IMG/VR virus record: IMGVR_UViG_2657244976_000004
Coordinates: 11,675 to 75,674 of that record
Length of the DNA: 64,000 nt
DNA from: a virus
Taxonomy: Duplodnaviria > Caudoviricetes
Direction: 5' to 3' (one strand)
Shown: positions 11,033 through 21,973 of the stretch, one piece after another
Layout: every line of letters begins with the position of its first letter
How positions within the stretch are numbered: the stretch's first letter is position 1
Made by a program: the position numbers and the translations under genes
Notes under the pieces: generated by a model
The model's input: the letters and a program-made list of their open reading frames with translations, nothing else
Told to the model about the DNA's origin: nothing
Database searches by the model: none

Positions 11033-11379
11033 TCGCCGCTGAGTTGCCAAAAAGGGCCGATATTTTCCCTCAGTACCTGCCCCAGCAATACCAGGTAATT
11101 ATGGGCTTCATCCTGGAACAGGTTTTCGCCCACCGGGATGTTATCGGATTGGCGAACGATACTACCGCTGTTAAAACACAGCTCTTTCAAGCGGTTTAAG
11201 CTCATCGTATCGACAGAGGCCAAACTAGCTGCCATACCCATTGCGGTGACATTGGGATTGATCGCTGGTAACAAACCAGACTTAGCGGCGATTTGCAGCA
11301 TTTCCACCTGATCTCTGGCTGGCGATGTTGCCCCGCGAAAAAGGGTGTCACCGATCACGACTTCAATTTGACGCCCCAT
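10990..11379 (-). CDS. Tail assembly chaperone (gpG-like)
   Basis: Between tube and tape measure genes; slippery site near 3' end. Confidence 0.7.
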   Translation of the reverse strand: MGRQIEVVIGDTLFRGATSPARDQVEMLQIAAKSGLLPAINPNVTAMGMAASLASVDTMSLNRLKELCFNSGSIVRQSDNIPVGENLFQDEAHNYLVLLGQVLRENIGPFWQLSGEGKSAENNPQHPPA

Positions 11380-11381
11380 AA

Positions 11382-11786
11382 TTAGGTTTCCTCTGAGTCA
11401 GCAAATTCAAAAATAAATTGTTCATCCGATACACCGCTTTTCCCGGCGCGGGTGGCTGAGCCACGGTTAGTCATGATGCCGTCGAACCCGGCAAAGCGTT
11501 CATCGGTGCCGGTCTGTGAAAAGGTAAAAGTGGCATCAATGCCGGATTTCTCCACCGCCAATAACTGCCGCGCCTGCACCGAACCGGGGATCAGGTTGAT
11601 GGTCAAACGTTTGGCGCGGGTTTTATTGTCCAGCCGTACTGACGTGCCGCCGATACTGCGTTTTAGCGCGGCGCGGGGTTCTAAATCTTCAATGGTGATC
11701 GGTGGGTCGGTATCACCAAAATCATCAATCGGGATACCAAAGACGGTGAGGTTAGAGCCGTCAGCGCCGTATCTGTGCATGGTCAT
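11382..11786 (-). CDS. Tail tube protein (DUF3277-like)
   Basis: Size, beta-rich sequence, position after sheath. Confidence 0.65.
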   Translation of the reverse strand: MTMHRYGADGSNLTVFGIPIDDFGDTDPPITIEDLEPRAALKRSIGGTSVRLDNKTRAKRLTINLIPGSVQARQLLAVEKSGIDATFTFSQTGTDERFAGFDGIMTNRGSATRAGKSGVSDEQFIFEFADSEET

Positions 11787-11792
11787 AAGGGA

Positions 11793-12255
11793 TTACTCCA
11801 CGGTGGCATTGATTTCAGCGATATGACCGGCACGGCCTAAAATCACTAACAGGGTGGTTAACGGGTAAACGCGCTTTTTGCGTTGGTCGGAGGTCAGCGC
11901 AAGGACATCCTCAGGGCGCGAACGGATGACAAAACCAAAATCAGCCACTTTAGTCACGCCATCGTCAGGATCAACATAAGAGCCGGTACCGAGCACCCCG
12001 TTATTGAAAAAACGTTTGCAGGTAGCGGCAATCGTAGACAGCAACCCGTCATAGTCGCGTGGTGTCAGTGCGCGCTTGGTGCCGACATTAGCAATGTAGT
12101 TGTAGCCATCCACCTGAATATGGTTTTTCAACACATCCAGATTGACCACATCATCAATAAATTCGCCATAGGACGACATCGATTTACTGTTGATCACCCG
12201 GCTGTTATCAATTTGCCCGGCCAGTTCAATTTTAGTGAAAAACACCGCGTTCTTG
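11793..12255 (-). pseudogene. Tail sheath (DUF3383-like) C-terminal fragment
   Basis: GEFIDDVVNLD..FFNNGVLG..GRAGH motifs; 5' part missing, abuts integrase fragment. Confidence 0.75.
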
Positions 12256-12859
12256 GCTTTTAGATAATAATCCAGTGACACCGACACGCTCAGCTAAACC
12301 GGTGGTGAAACGTGAGCGCCTGGAACTGGATCAGTATCTCGCTATTCGTGAGGTCGCTGACACATTACCGGCGTGGTTCGGGTTATCAATGGATCTGGCG
12401 CTAGTCACTGGCCAACGCCGTGAGGATTTATCTCTGATGCGCTTTGACCAGATTGTTGATGGCAGATTACAGATAGACCAAGGCAAAACCGGAGCCATGA
12501 TCTCCCTGCCCTTAGATCTTGAACTTAAAGCCGTTGGCCTACGCCTTAGCACCGTGATTGAACAATGTAAATTAGCCAGTAAAACAGACTTTATGATAAG
12601 TGCTGGCATCAGAAAAAATAGCCCTGACGGATCACTACATCCAGATAGCCTGACAAAGAAATTCGTGACGGCGAGAAAAGGAACAGATTTTCGTTTTGAT
12701 GAGAGTCCGCCAACTTTTCACGAGATCAGAAGTCTCGCTGGGCGATTGTATGAAAAGGAAAAAGGTAAAGAATTTGCGATGAAACTGCTGGGGCATAAAT
12801 CGGAGAAGATGACGAACAAGTATCTGGATACGAGGGGTAAAGAATACGTAATGCTATAA
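12256..12859 (+). pseudogene. Lambda-type tyrosine integrase, catalytic-domain fragment
   Basis: TGQRREDL, FHEIRSL, LLGH..Y motifs; N-terminal arm-binding region missing relative to 62205..63314. Confidence 0.85.
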
Positions 12860-12875
12860 AAGACCGAATATCAGA

Positions 12876-12904
12876 TTTCGATAAAATTTCGATAAATTTC
12901 GATA
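12876..12904 (+). repeat. Three TTTCGATA direct repeats (integrase arm-type sites, prophage 1)
   Basis: Tandem repeats between integrase stop and att core. Confidence 0.65.
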
Positions 12905-12936
12905 AACAACAAAATTCACCTTTAAAATCAACAACT

Positions 12937-12962
12937 TAAAAAGAGACCGAATACGATTCCTA
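12937..12962 (+). repeat. att core (junction of prophage 1 and prophage 2)
   Basis: TAAAAAGAGACCGAATACGATTCCTA, identical to 63390-63415 (sdsR 3' end). Confidence 0.92.
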
Positions 12963-13125
12963 AAGGTGAGAATTCTTAATTTTATATATATAAAACAATA
13001 AGATAACTAGAGTTGTGACCTTTAGCCTACGTTTAACACCGTCTTTAAAAGATCAATGTAATTATATAGTTAACATCTATTTCGAAAATTCTCGGGAAAA
13101 GTTCGGGCGCTAAAATGAGGGAAAC

Positions 13126-13338
13126 ATGACATCGACACTATTTATAGTCTGCCTAATACTGGCCGCCGTAATGATTACCATCCACCCCGCTCTCTGCATT
13201 CCTTTTGTTATCCCTGCTTACCTACTGGCTGGTAAGGGCAATATGCACATGGACAGTAATACCAGCATCATTTTAGGTATCATCGGATTTATTCTGTTAT
13301 TGGTCCTGTTCGTTATTGTTAATGATGCCTTCAAATAA
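13126..13338 (+). CDS. Small membrane protein
   Basis: GAGG RBS; two hydrophobic segments. Confidence 0.55.
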   Translation: MTSTLFIVCLILAAVMITIHPALCIPFVIPAYLLAGKGNMHMDSNTSIILGIIGFILLLVLFVIVNDAFK

Positions 13339-13670
13339 TTATTGATGCTGTAATGTAGATTAATTGCTACCTAATCTGATAGTCAGTTAAGAACAAGAAG
13401 TTGACATTTTAATCACCATACAAGCAGCATAAATTTAGCTGGGGTAATACTCGACAGGAGTTTCCATCACATCATTACTTCGGGAGGTTATGCAAACAAC
13501 GATGTTTAATTATACCAAATGCGATTATAATCGCTGACATCGCCACAGGACACATAGCAGTTTTAACCCGGGCCATTCATAAAAACATATTCACTTTATG
13601 AGTGGCAAGGTCAGATATGATGAATTTCAACTGATATAGAGCATCCATATTATAAATTCAAAAAATTGTA

Positions 13671-15683
13671 TTAACGCTTGTATAAAACCTTCCGTAAAGT
13701 ATATTCTTTATAAAAACAACGTGTGGAGTAAGTCATATGTTGAGACCCTTTACACAAATCGCTGAATTCATTTTCATCATGACTATCACCTAGTATTGTT
13801 AATAGTTGTGGAATGCTCATGAAAATATTATTTCTGAAAAGATCATCTCTAACTGGCTGTAATTTTCTTGATTTTTCCGTGTAATCTGAAAATATATCCA
13901 CATAATTTTTCCAACTCGAAATCATCTTATTTACTTCATCGCTGTCAGCACTAAATTGTACTTGCATTGCAAGACCTAAGATAGTTGAAAGAATTGTAGT
14001 ATCTTGTAACGCACCAAAATCATGTAAACTTAAAGATATTTTAAAAATACGCTCGTTATTATAAGGTATTATTTCATTCTTATCATTTATTGTCAGTGTT
14101 ATTTCTTTATCAGCGAGTAAAACATACTCGATTTTTGCGCATTGCGATTGAGAGCGCATAAGGCTATCGGCAAGATCTTGTATTATTTTAAAATCAGTTC
14201 CAGACATGGCTTTTCTTGTTAATGATTTTTTCTTGATTTCAAAAAGATAAATATAATCATCAGTTTTTATAAGTAAGTCACAATCACCTTTTATCTTTTT
14301 ATCCTTTGATTTGAAATCACCTCTATAGCATTTAATTCCATGCTGATTGACCTGATTCCATACAAACTGCTCCAAGAACTTTCCAACAGAACTGTCTTTT
14401 GAGTTGACAAATACTCCATTTGGTCTGCTGACTTGATTTAATATACAATTCAAAACTGAAAGGCTAGTAATCCCTTTTGGGAGTGCTATATACATGCCTT
14501 TATGAGGAATTAGCGGGGCAAGGACATGATCTATTGCTTCACTTGAAGGAGGAAAGCCTAATTCATTATTATTTTTACTAGTATAGATTTTATCAATTAT
14601 TTTGTCAGTTACATTCAACTTTAATCCACTTCTTTTACTTATTTTAGATTTACTTATCAGGCTAATATTTTGTGCATGTGAAAGTTGAATTATACTTATT
14701 CCCGTCTTGATTATATCATCGAAATCAAGGCCAAAACTTTGTATTTTTTCATATTTCCAGTAGGTTGATATATTACTTATCATCTCTATAGCATGAGTGC
14801 TTTTAAGTTGAAAAAATGATATGAGATTATCATAAAGGATATTTTCTTGAAGGAACTCTACAGCATTCAGATTATCGACATATATTGATTCCCAAATGAC
14901 ATATGGTTGTATCTCAAAGGATGAAACGATATCCGTCATAAACCGGATGAAAGATCGGTATTCATCGATAGTCTTTTTATGTGGAATTTTTTGGTTTGTA
15001 TGTAGGTTCTTTGCGCCCAAAGCAATTATATACCCCCAAGGAGTTTCAGGAAGAATATAATCTAAACCTTGGGTTGTTTTTCTATAGATTTGAAATCTTT
15101 CTTGCGTTGGTTCGAAATAATTGGTTAGAATTTTAAACGAATAGTCAAGAATTAAAACGCCACCAATATTGTTAATGTAATTGTCAATTATTTTTAAAAC
15201 AACATCATAAGATTCTTTTTTTATTATGATTTTATCTTTATAATATTCAAAATCAACTCCATATTTAGACAGGTTTTTACAACTTTTAGAAAACTCAATT
15301 ATTTTATTAAATGATGAACAGATTTTATCTTCTTTGAAAAAAGAAGATTTATCTTTAGTGCTAAAAGCTATAACTATAAGCTCTTGCCACTTGTCGAACT
15401 GTTGACTACTAAAACTCTGGGACGTTTTATTTTGTGGCTCTTTATATCTTGCAGCATCATTTATTAGCTGCAATATGCTTACATAAGGTGTTGATGATGT
15501 GTCATTAAGAATACTTTCAAATATAATGTGTTTTATTAACACCCCACTTTTTCTACTTACTTCATCAATATGATCTATGCAAAGATCATATATAAGGCTA
15601 TATGCTTCGTCGGTATCACGTTCTGTAAAAGTACTCTGTGATATCGTATCATCGCATAACTCCCTAAACTTAATAACATCCAT
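13671..15683 (-). CDS. 670-aa protein with C-terminal PD-(D/E)xK (NERD-like) nuclease motif
   Basis: GKFLE...GDCDLL...LFEIKKK; AT-rich; AAGGA RBS. Confidence 0.6.
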   Translation of the reverse strand: MDVIKFRELCDDTISQSTFTERDTDEAYSLIYDLCIDHIDEVSRKSGVLIKHIIFESILNDTSSTPYVSILQLINDAARYKEPQNKTSQSFSSQQFDKWQELIVIAFSTKDKSSFFKEDKICSSFNKIIEFSKSCKNLSKYGVDFEYYKDKIIIKKESYDVVLKIIDNYINNIGGVLILDYSFKILTNYFEPTQERFQIYRKTTQGLDYILPETPWGYIIALGAKNLHTNQKIPHKKTIDEYRSFIRFMTDIVSSFEIQPYVIWESIYVDNLNAVEFLQENILYDNLISFFQLKSTHAIEMISNISTYWKYEKIQSFGLDFDDIIKTGISIIQLSHAQNISLISKSKISKRSGLKLNVTDKIIDKIYTSKNNNELGFPPSSEAIDHVLAPLIPHKGMYIALPKGITSLSVLNCILNQVSRPNGVFVNSKDSSVGKFLEQFVWNQVNQHGIKCYRGDFKSKDKKIKGDCDLLIKTDDYIYLFEIKKKSLTRKAMSGTDFKIIQDLADSLMRSQSQCAKIEYVLLADKEITLTINDKNEIIPYNNERIFKISLSLHDFGALQDTTILSTILGLAMQVQFSADSDEVNKMISSWKNYVDIFSDYTEKSRKLQPVRDDLFRNNIFMSIPQLLTILGDSHDENEFSDLCKGSQHMTYSTRCFYKEYTLRKVLYKR

Positions 15684-15996
15684 ATAATTTTCCTTAAGAT
15701 GAGTTAGTCTCGCGGGATAAGTATCCTTAATTATTATTATACGTGCAATACTTTCCCCACCCCCCCCTTACTAGGGCAGTGTGAATACACCAGAAAATTT
15801 TGATAAATGGGGAGAGCGTGAAATGGTGTTTTGGGCTTCGTTATAGCCAGCTCTTGGTACAGAACTGACTATCTGAACTGATTACACCCATGCAAGATTG
15901 CTATCGAATTGGCAATTCAAACCATCTATAACCATGACAAAATCATTTTACCCAAAAGCTAATAAATCAGGGAGTCCTTCCAAACTCCCTTTCAAT

Positions 15997-18424
15997 TCAC
16001 TTATTAAAGTACGGATTCACCCGTTCCACCGCCTGCTGTACCAGTTTATTTCTGGTTGCCATCAGTCGGTCAATTTTTTCTCTTTTCTGATCCGCTGTTA
16101 GTATCCGGTCCCGCCTCATCATTTCAATCTGGGCATTCAGTGCCTTCACTTGCTTCTGTGTCGCAGTTAGCCCCTGACGCTGCGATAATTTCCCTCTATT
16201 TTCCTCTATCAACTCACTGGCATCATCGCTCCGTCCCTGCTTACGGAAGCTGTTAATGGTGCTGTTTATCTGATTAGCTTCAGTCATCATGCGGTAAAAA
16301 TCTTCGGTGAATTGGGTAGATTTGGCCGGATCGGAGCCACGGAAGAAGGATTTAATCACCGGCATCTCATCCAGGCGCATGGCCGGGGTTTCGCCGTAGT
16401 CTTTCAGGTTTCGCATCAGAAGATTAGTCGCGCCCATCACATAACCACCTAGGCTGCCGGTGTAGCCCATCACAATATGATCCAGCATCTTCGGTGACAT
16501 ATTTGTGGCCTCACCCACTTCGCGCATTAACAGGCTGGTCTGGTCGTTATAACGAGCACCCGCAATCAAATTGCTGTCTGCCATGTTCTCAATCGGCCCA
16601 CCTTTGAAGAAATCATAGTTAACATAAGCCTCAGCAATCGGCATCGCGACTTGTGGGATAGGGTTGAATGCCATCGTTTCCATAAAGTTATGTGCCACCA
16701 GCTTGCCAAATTTAGCCCCGGTATCTTTACCGCCCAGCGCACGAACAAATCTCTCTGGTAAAGTGCCAAACATCAAGCCAATTTCAAACGGTTTCGGGAA
16801 ACGGATATGCTGACCACCAATCCATGCATGCCAATAGGTGTCTTTATCCCAGTCCTGTAGCTCTTCATAACGCTTATCGTCCCAATTTAGCGCCATCAGT
16901 GCCAGAGAGGCCGCCGTAATCATGCCGCCGCGCTTCAGCACTTCACGCGGGTTCTCTTTGATACCTCGGCCTAATTTACTCAGCCCCTGCATGCGGGCGT
17001 TGAAGAACGGCAGCATATCACTCAGGTTAATCATGATATTGCTGGCCCCCATCATGCTAAAGTCCATCAAATCACGCGATTCAAATGCTGCCTGCGCTTT
17101 GCTTTTCCCCGATTTAATTGCAGCTTCATAAGTGGCCAGCCGGTTAGCATTCTCCGCCGCTTCGCTGAGATTTTTATATTTATGCAAACCCTGTTCAATC
17201 TTGCCCATCACCTCTTTGCTGTTACGAGCAATGGAAGATTCAAATTCGTGGATCTGGCTGTCGTTGTAACCTTTACGCCGCAGCACGCTGCGGATAGTTT
17301 TAGCTGTCGATGCTGGATCATAAACATTTGAATAACCGCCACCAAAAGTGGCACCGGCAAACATCATATCCACTAAGCTATCATCAGTGCGTAACGCTTT
17401 TTTAAATCCGGCCCATGAAGCGGTAACCGGCTTAAAACCATCTTTGTTAATGGCCCATGAATGAATAGAGTCACACATAAAGTTACGGATGATAAAGTCA
17501 GGCATGGATGTGGTGCTGACGGTCAGCACCTTTTTAGCCTGGCGGGCCGCTTTCATAAAGGTGGAATTACTGCGCTCAAGGTCAATCATGGTAAAGGCGC
17601 GATACAGTTCAGGATCATTAACCTGTACCAGTTTTTCCTGCCCATCAACAAACACCTTCACCACATCTTTGCCGATGCGCTCAAAGTCCATCTTGTTCGG
17701 TGATTCAATCACCTCCAGCACACCAGTATCAGCAAGGTTCACCACTGACCTGCGCATTGCTTCATTTTTCATCGAAGCATCGACCGATTTCGCCACGTAG
17801 TTAAACAGGTTTTCGATAGGATCCTTAATGGTCAAATCGCTGCCTTTTAACTTGCGCACGGTACTGCTCTGGTTAGCAATGCCTTTGCTGGTCCACGGCC
17901 CCTTCACCTCACCATTTTCTGCTTCACGGTAATAGGGCAAGTACCAGGCATCCTCCCACTGTGCGCGGCTTTCTGGATCAATCAATCCCATATCCTGTTG
18001 CAGATCCAGAATCGATTTAATAAAGGCATCATACTTTTTCTTCTGGCCGTCGAATAAAGCTTCATTACCCCAGTTGAGAGTTTTCATATAAGCAATTTCG
18101 TCGGCATTAAAGTTGTTCTCTTTGCCCTCTTTCATCAGCCGTTCAGAGCGATGGCCGGCGATCCATTTAAAGAAGTTTTCCCGATGGTTTCCCAGACCGT
18201 CGAGAATACCCATAAGCGCATCCTCTTTACCGGTACCGGATTGCCGTTCGACTATCCCCTCAGCTTTGTTATAGCGCGGTAAGCCATGCTCTAAGGTGGC
18301 GGCGGTAACAGAACCCGCTCCGGCGGCCATCCTCGCCCCAATGTAGGCAGAACTGCGGGCATCATTGATACCGGCGGCATCTTCGGCATACTTCAGCGGA
18401 GCCATACCATCAAAGGTTTTGGTA
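15997..18424 (-). pseudogene. 3' part of large virion/ejection protein (LPD38-like C-terminus)
   Basis: PFFNARMQG, W.KD.YW, RFPKPFEIG motifs; frame stays open upstream of the ATG and ends abruptly at about 18424. Confidence 0.75.
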
Positions 18425-18489
18425 TAAAAAAACCCACTATAAAAAGTGAGGCTTGGTATTGGGGTGACAATTCAAAATTAATATGTTTA

Positions 18490-18657
18490 TTAATTTAATG
18501 TATTTTTTTTCTCTTTGGGTTTTAAATTATTCAGCAGACACAGTCCAAGAAAAGATGCTTCCTGAATAGATTCAACTGAGGTATTTTCGTCACAATGCGT
18601 TAATAGATCAAACAGCGCAGTTAGACATCCCAAAGTTTCCTCTGAATTCATTTTCAT
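18490..18657 (-). CDS. 55-aa hypothetical protein (MKMNSEETLGCLTALFDLL...)
   Basis: AAGGA RBS and open frame; below ORF-track cutoff. Confidence 0.35.
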   Translation of the reverse strand: MKMNSEETLGCLTALFDLLTHCDENTSVESIQEASFLGLCLLNNLKPKEKKNTLN

Positions 18658-18990
18658 TATACAATCCTTATATAAATAACCATGCCATATTTGTGACGTT
18701 TCACAATTATTTGCTGAATAATAGTTAGATAGCTTTATTTATGTAGAGTTTCATTAATTACTTTAACTAACAGGCCTAATTAATACATCCTATTATTGTG
18801 AATTCATCAATGCTTTTCATTAAAATATTTTATTTATCTTAATTGTTCTGTGTTGCGCGGCCAGCGCCAATCAGTATGCCCGTCTGTTTTTATGATTCCA
18901 CTCATCTTTAGGCTCAATACCGCGACAATTTAACTCTCATCGTAGTAACCGTTTAATCAATCTGAGTGTAAGTTCCCCCATACTTCACAG

Positions 18991-19347
18991 CTAGTCAATT
19001 TCGACGAGAGTCGCAAACTTCAGCAGAGCGTCATTGACGGCGACTTCATCAAGCGACTCCACAAAGCGGGCATTTCGTGCCATAAGATCCAGCATTCGGA
19101 CTTGATTGAGTAAAACTACGCCTTGCGTTGTACATCCTGTACCCGACAGCGACACTGTAAAACCAGCATGACGCGCATAATTGCCCCTCTGAGTTATTGG
19201 GGCAACAAGGACCATGCCAAGATTGTTAAACAGTTTTTTTGTCAATACCAGCGCTGGACGGGCATCTCGCTGCTCACTTCCCATTACCGGGTTAAAGTCT
19301 ACCAAAACGATATCGCCACGATCCCATCCCTGCTTACGCTTCACCAT
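18991..19347 (-). CDS. MazF/ChpB/PemK-family endoribonuclease toxin
   Basis: RGDIVLVDFNPVMGSEQ..RPALVL, VAPIT, QVRMLD. Confidence 0.9.
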   Translation of the reverse strand: MVKRKQGWDRGDIVLVDFNPVMGSEQRDARPALVLTKKLFNNLGMVLVAPITQRGNYARHAGFTVSLSGTGCTTQGVVLLNQVRMLDLMARNARFVESLDEVAVNDALLKFATLVEID

Positions 19348-19595
19348 ATTTCATTCCCTGTCGGTGCGTCGTTACCCCAAACATCCTCTTCTGCCATCAT
19401 TGGCGCATTTTTATCACATTGTGCGACTAATTCTTCAAGCGTGTAACGTCGTTGTGTTGGGGTCAGAATTAATGAGCCATTTTTGATTTCTGCATCAAGA
19501 TGTTGGCCGTTGGTAACACCTAATTTTTTCAACAATAATGAAGGCAAAACAACACCACTACTGTTGCCCCATTTTTTGATTACTATAGTCATCAT
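19341..19595 (-). CDS. MazE/ChpS AbrB-type antitoxin
   Basis: IKKWGNSSGV, YTLEELVAQC, GNEIW; overlaps toxin start. Confidence 0.9.
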   Translation of the reverse strand: MMTIVIKKWGNSSGVVLPSLLLKKLGVTNGQHLDAEIKNGSLILTPTQRRYTLEELVAQCDKNAPMMAEEDVWGNDAPTGNEIW

Positions 19596-19613
19596 ATTAT
19601 CTCCCGCAAGAAA

Positions 19614-19671
19614 TTATACAAAGTATAACCTCAAGTTCAAAAGAGAACAATCAAGAGTTATACATTGTATA
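19614..19671. promoter_or_regulatory. Two TATAC-N3-GTATA palindromes (TA autorepression operators)
   Basis: 19614-19628 and 19659-19671, upstream of the antitoxin. Confidence 0.6.
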
Positions 19672-20041
19672 GACTCACCTAACCTTTAGGTTCAATGCCT
19701 CTTTCGCTTAACCTATCTTATTTAAAGATCTGTTTTAAAGTATCTATCGACATGAACATCGGCTGAATTCCGTCTTCACTTGCTGGTATTTTAAGAGAAA
19801 CAAAACCTTATTTTTATAAAAATCAATTACATGATGTGCTTCGTCAAGGTAAATACCTTTAATGTCTCGCGCGACTTCCACTAGCGTAAGAGTATGTATA
19901 AAGACTTCCCGCATTAACTCCTGCCCCCATTCCTGGCGCGGATGCTTTACTCTTCTACCTGCCTTCACCTGGTGAGATCGAGTCCTTAGGGTTCGTCAGC
20001 AGTCTTAAAGGCATCTCACGATGCCTTTTTGCATTTAGAGA

Positions 20042-20227
20042 TTATTCTGCCTCAAGAGGCTCGCTGGTGGCTTGATGATAAGTTTGATGTAGCAGGTCTA
20101 TTTGCTGTTGTAGGACAAAGTTGAGTATTTCTTTCACTTCCTGCGATTCGAGTGTGATAACGGCGTGGATCAGTGCACGACAGTGATCGATAACTTCTTC
20201 TAATTCCGGGGGCGAATTATTGTACAT
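20042..20227 (-). CDS. 61-aa protein downstream of C4-like cassette (copy 1)
   Basis: GGAGG RBS; close paralog of 25155..25340. Confidence 0.6.
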   Translation of the reverse strand: MYNNSPPELEEVIDHCRALIHAVITLESQEVKEILNFVLQQQIDLLHQTYHQATSEPLEAE

Positions 20228-20378
20228 GACGCACCTCCGGCGGGAGAGTGGCGGCCAGTGATGTTGGCAGGTGAAGAAAAGCTGTAAGGCAAGGGGCTTT
20301 AGTCGTCGAATCCATGATGACAACCTCTCAGTTGATGGTTTTAAAATCACCACCATGAGCTGTCAATCTCATATAGGT

Positions 20379-20453
20379 GGTGAACTGGGCGGGGTTGACA
20401 GACCGGTCAACAGAGAACCCGGCGCACCTTGCGATGCCCCCACCCAGTTCACC
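20379..20453 (-). ncRNA. C4/CI-like antisense RNA (copy 1) within ash/icd-type leader
   Basis: GGTGAACTGGG...CCCAGTTCACC closing stem; loops CTCTGTTGA and CTGTCAA complement flanking target sites. Confidence 0.7.
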
Positions 20454-20752
20454 ATTGCTTTTTCACAGGTGTAACTGTGCCCGCACATAATAACCGCCTG
20501 TGCAGTTGTGCGCTCTATTGAATTCCGGACTGTCAAATCCGGCAGCAGATTTTGCCGCTGCGGGGGCACTATATCCGGCCATTCCCTACTGTTCAATTAA
20601 CCAGTGGTAAATTAGGACAAACATTTTTGCAGATGCTAGAGAGGCCGCATTTGTGGGTATAACATTCCGCGAATAGAGTAAATTCTAGTTTGTGAAACTA
20701 TTCAAAGGAGCTTCGGCTCCTTTTTAATAGCTAGCGAAGTCAATATAAGGAC

Positions 20753-20962
20753 GTCAACCAAGTCAGTCCAGGCAAACCAATAGTCATCGCGGTAACGGAA
20801 AATAGTGGTTGGCTGCAACTTAAATGTTTCCCCGCCTAACAGGTGTAATAACGCCGTGTCGGAAATGGCAGTTTTTAGCAATGGTCGCCGCTTGCTCTGG
20901 CAATAGATGTGGCACCGCCCGTGGCATTTTGCCACGCATGGTAGTGATATCGATAGCTGACA
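20753..20962 (-). pseudogene. 5' remnant of 933W-like tail gene (MSAIDITTMRG...)
   Basis: MSAIDITTMRGKMPRAVPHLLPEQAA..CHFRHGVITP, then frameshift to TIFRYRDDYWFAW; truncated. Confidence 0.55.
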
Positions 20963-20986
20963 TAGGGAATGATTTCCGACAGGCAT

Positions 20987-21056
20987 AAAAGCCCCACTAA
21001 GAAAGTGAGGCTTGGCATCTTTGGGTGATTTAGCGCGTTGTTGATAAGAGATCAAC
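20987..21056 (-). promoter_or_regulatory. pR'-like late promoter copy 3 with terminator
   Basis: TTGATC-17bp-TAAATC, AAAGATG, then hairpin AAGCCTCACT..AGTGGGGCTTTT. Confidence 0.6.
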
Positions 21057-21328
21057 GGGGTATTTATTTAATTTAAGGCGCGTAGCTACCTGGCTTAGAG
21101 GTAGAGGATATTTTTCAATATATGTGGGAAATATCTGATAATTAGTTTCGAGCTTGGTGCCGTGAATGTTTAATGGCAAAATTGGTTTTTGATCTAATGT
21201 TTAGGTTAATTAATCTAACTTCAGATTGTTGATAACTTATGATGAATTCATCAAAATCAAAAATATATATCTACGCTATGTAAATGAAATCGGCGCTGGA
21301 TACGGTAACTTTAAAGGGAATTTATCCG

Positions 21329-21973
21329 ATGACGAGCGCTAAAGAATTAGCCACCAAAATGGCTGACTCTATCAATTTAAAAAGTGGCTTTCTTCGTAGT
21401 TTTGCAGGTGGTGCTTTGGAGTTACCTGTTGATTTGTACTATCTGGGATACGATTTCCTCGATACTGACAATCGTTGGGCTAATAGTATAGATAAAGAAC
21501 GTTGCATTAGATTAGTTAAGCGTGGTTTTGCCAACGGGGTAAATCTGGAAAAAATTGCAAACATAATCTTCACACGATATTTGGATAAGGTTGACGCGGA
21601 TAAACTCAAAAACATAGCGATTAACGGCTCAGCCAGCATTGCAGGAAGTATGGTGGCAAACAGACTTGTTTTGGGTAATATCGGCGCTATCTTTGCCAGA
21701 AATTTAATCGCAAAAATGCTGATAGGTTTTTCATTCACGACCATACTATCAATTGGGGCTGTTCAGTCCCGTGCTGTTTATACATCCCGTGAACTGAGTA
21801 TGCGTGACCCTGAGTTATACGCCTATCTTAACCGACTTGGAGATCTCGACCTGTTATATTTTTTGGTAGAAAAACGGATTAGGCCATTTGAGGACGCTAC
21901 CGCATTATGGTCTCGAAATCGTCAACTCTTTGATGAAGTCACTAAGTACTTCTTTCAAAAGGTCAGGTATTAA
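21329..21973 (+). CDS. Hypothetical ~214-aa protein with hydrophobic Gly/Ala-rich helices (pair 1, large gene)
   Basis: Open frame with AAGGGA RBS; shares motifs with 22486..23127. Confidence 0.7.
   Translation: MTSAKELATKMADSINLKSGFLRSFAGGALELPVDLYYLGYDFLDTDNRWANSIDKERCIRLVKRGFANGVNLEKIANIIFTRYLDKVDADKLKNIAINGSASIAGSMVANRLVLGNIGAIFARNLIAKMLIGFSFTTILSIGAVQSRAVYTSRELSMRDPELYAYLNRLGDLDLLYFLVEKRIRPFEDATALWSRNRQLFDEVTKYFFQKVRY

Larger units (their letters stand above)
1..12962. mobile_element. Defective prophage 1 (contractile-tail remnant; left end probably outside the window)
   Basis: Tail/baseplate genes, integrase fragment and att core at 12937-12962; head, lysis and replication modules absent. 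Confidence 0.85.

Noticed and set aside
2268-12255. Tail-only cluster as a functional tailocin
   Set aside because: Sheath is truncated, baseplate J is frameshifted, the fibre is truncated and no lysis genes are present.
12876-12904. Short tandem repeats (also 63329-63357) as a CRISPR array
   Set aside because: 8-bp units with 2-3 bp gaps next to att cores; these fit integrase arm sites and there are no cas genes.
20369-20596. Ash-like ORFs (also 24756..25025) as confident proteins
   Set aside because: Similarity is explained by the RNA structure and target sites; starts are non-ATG with weak RBSs, so translation is unsupported.
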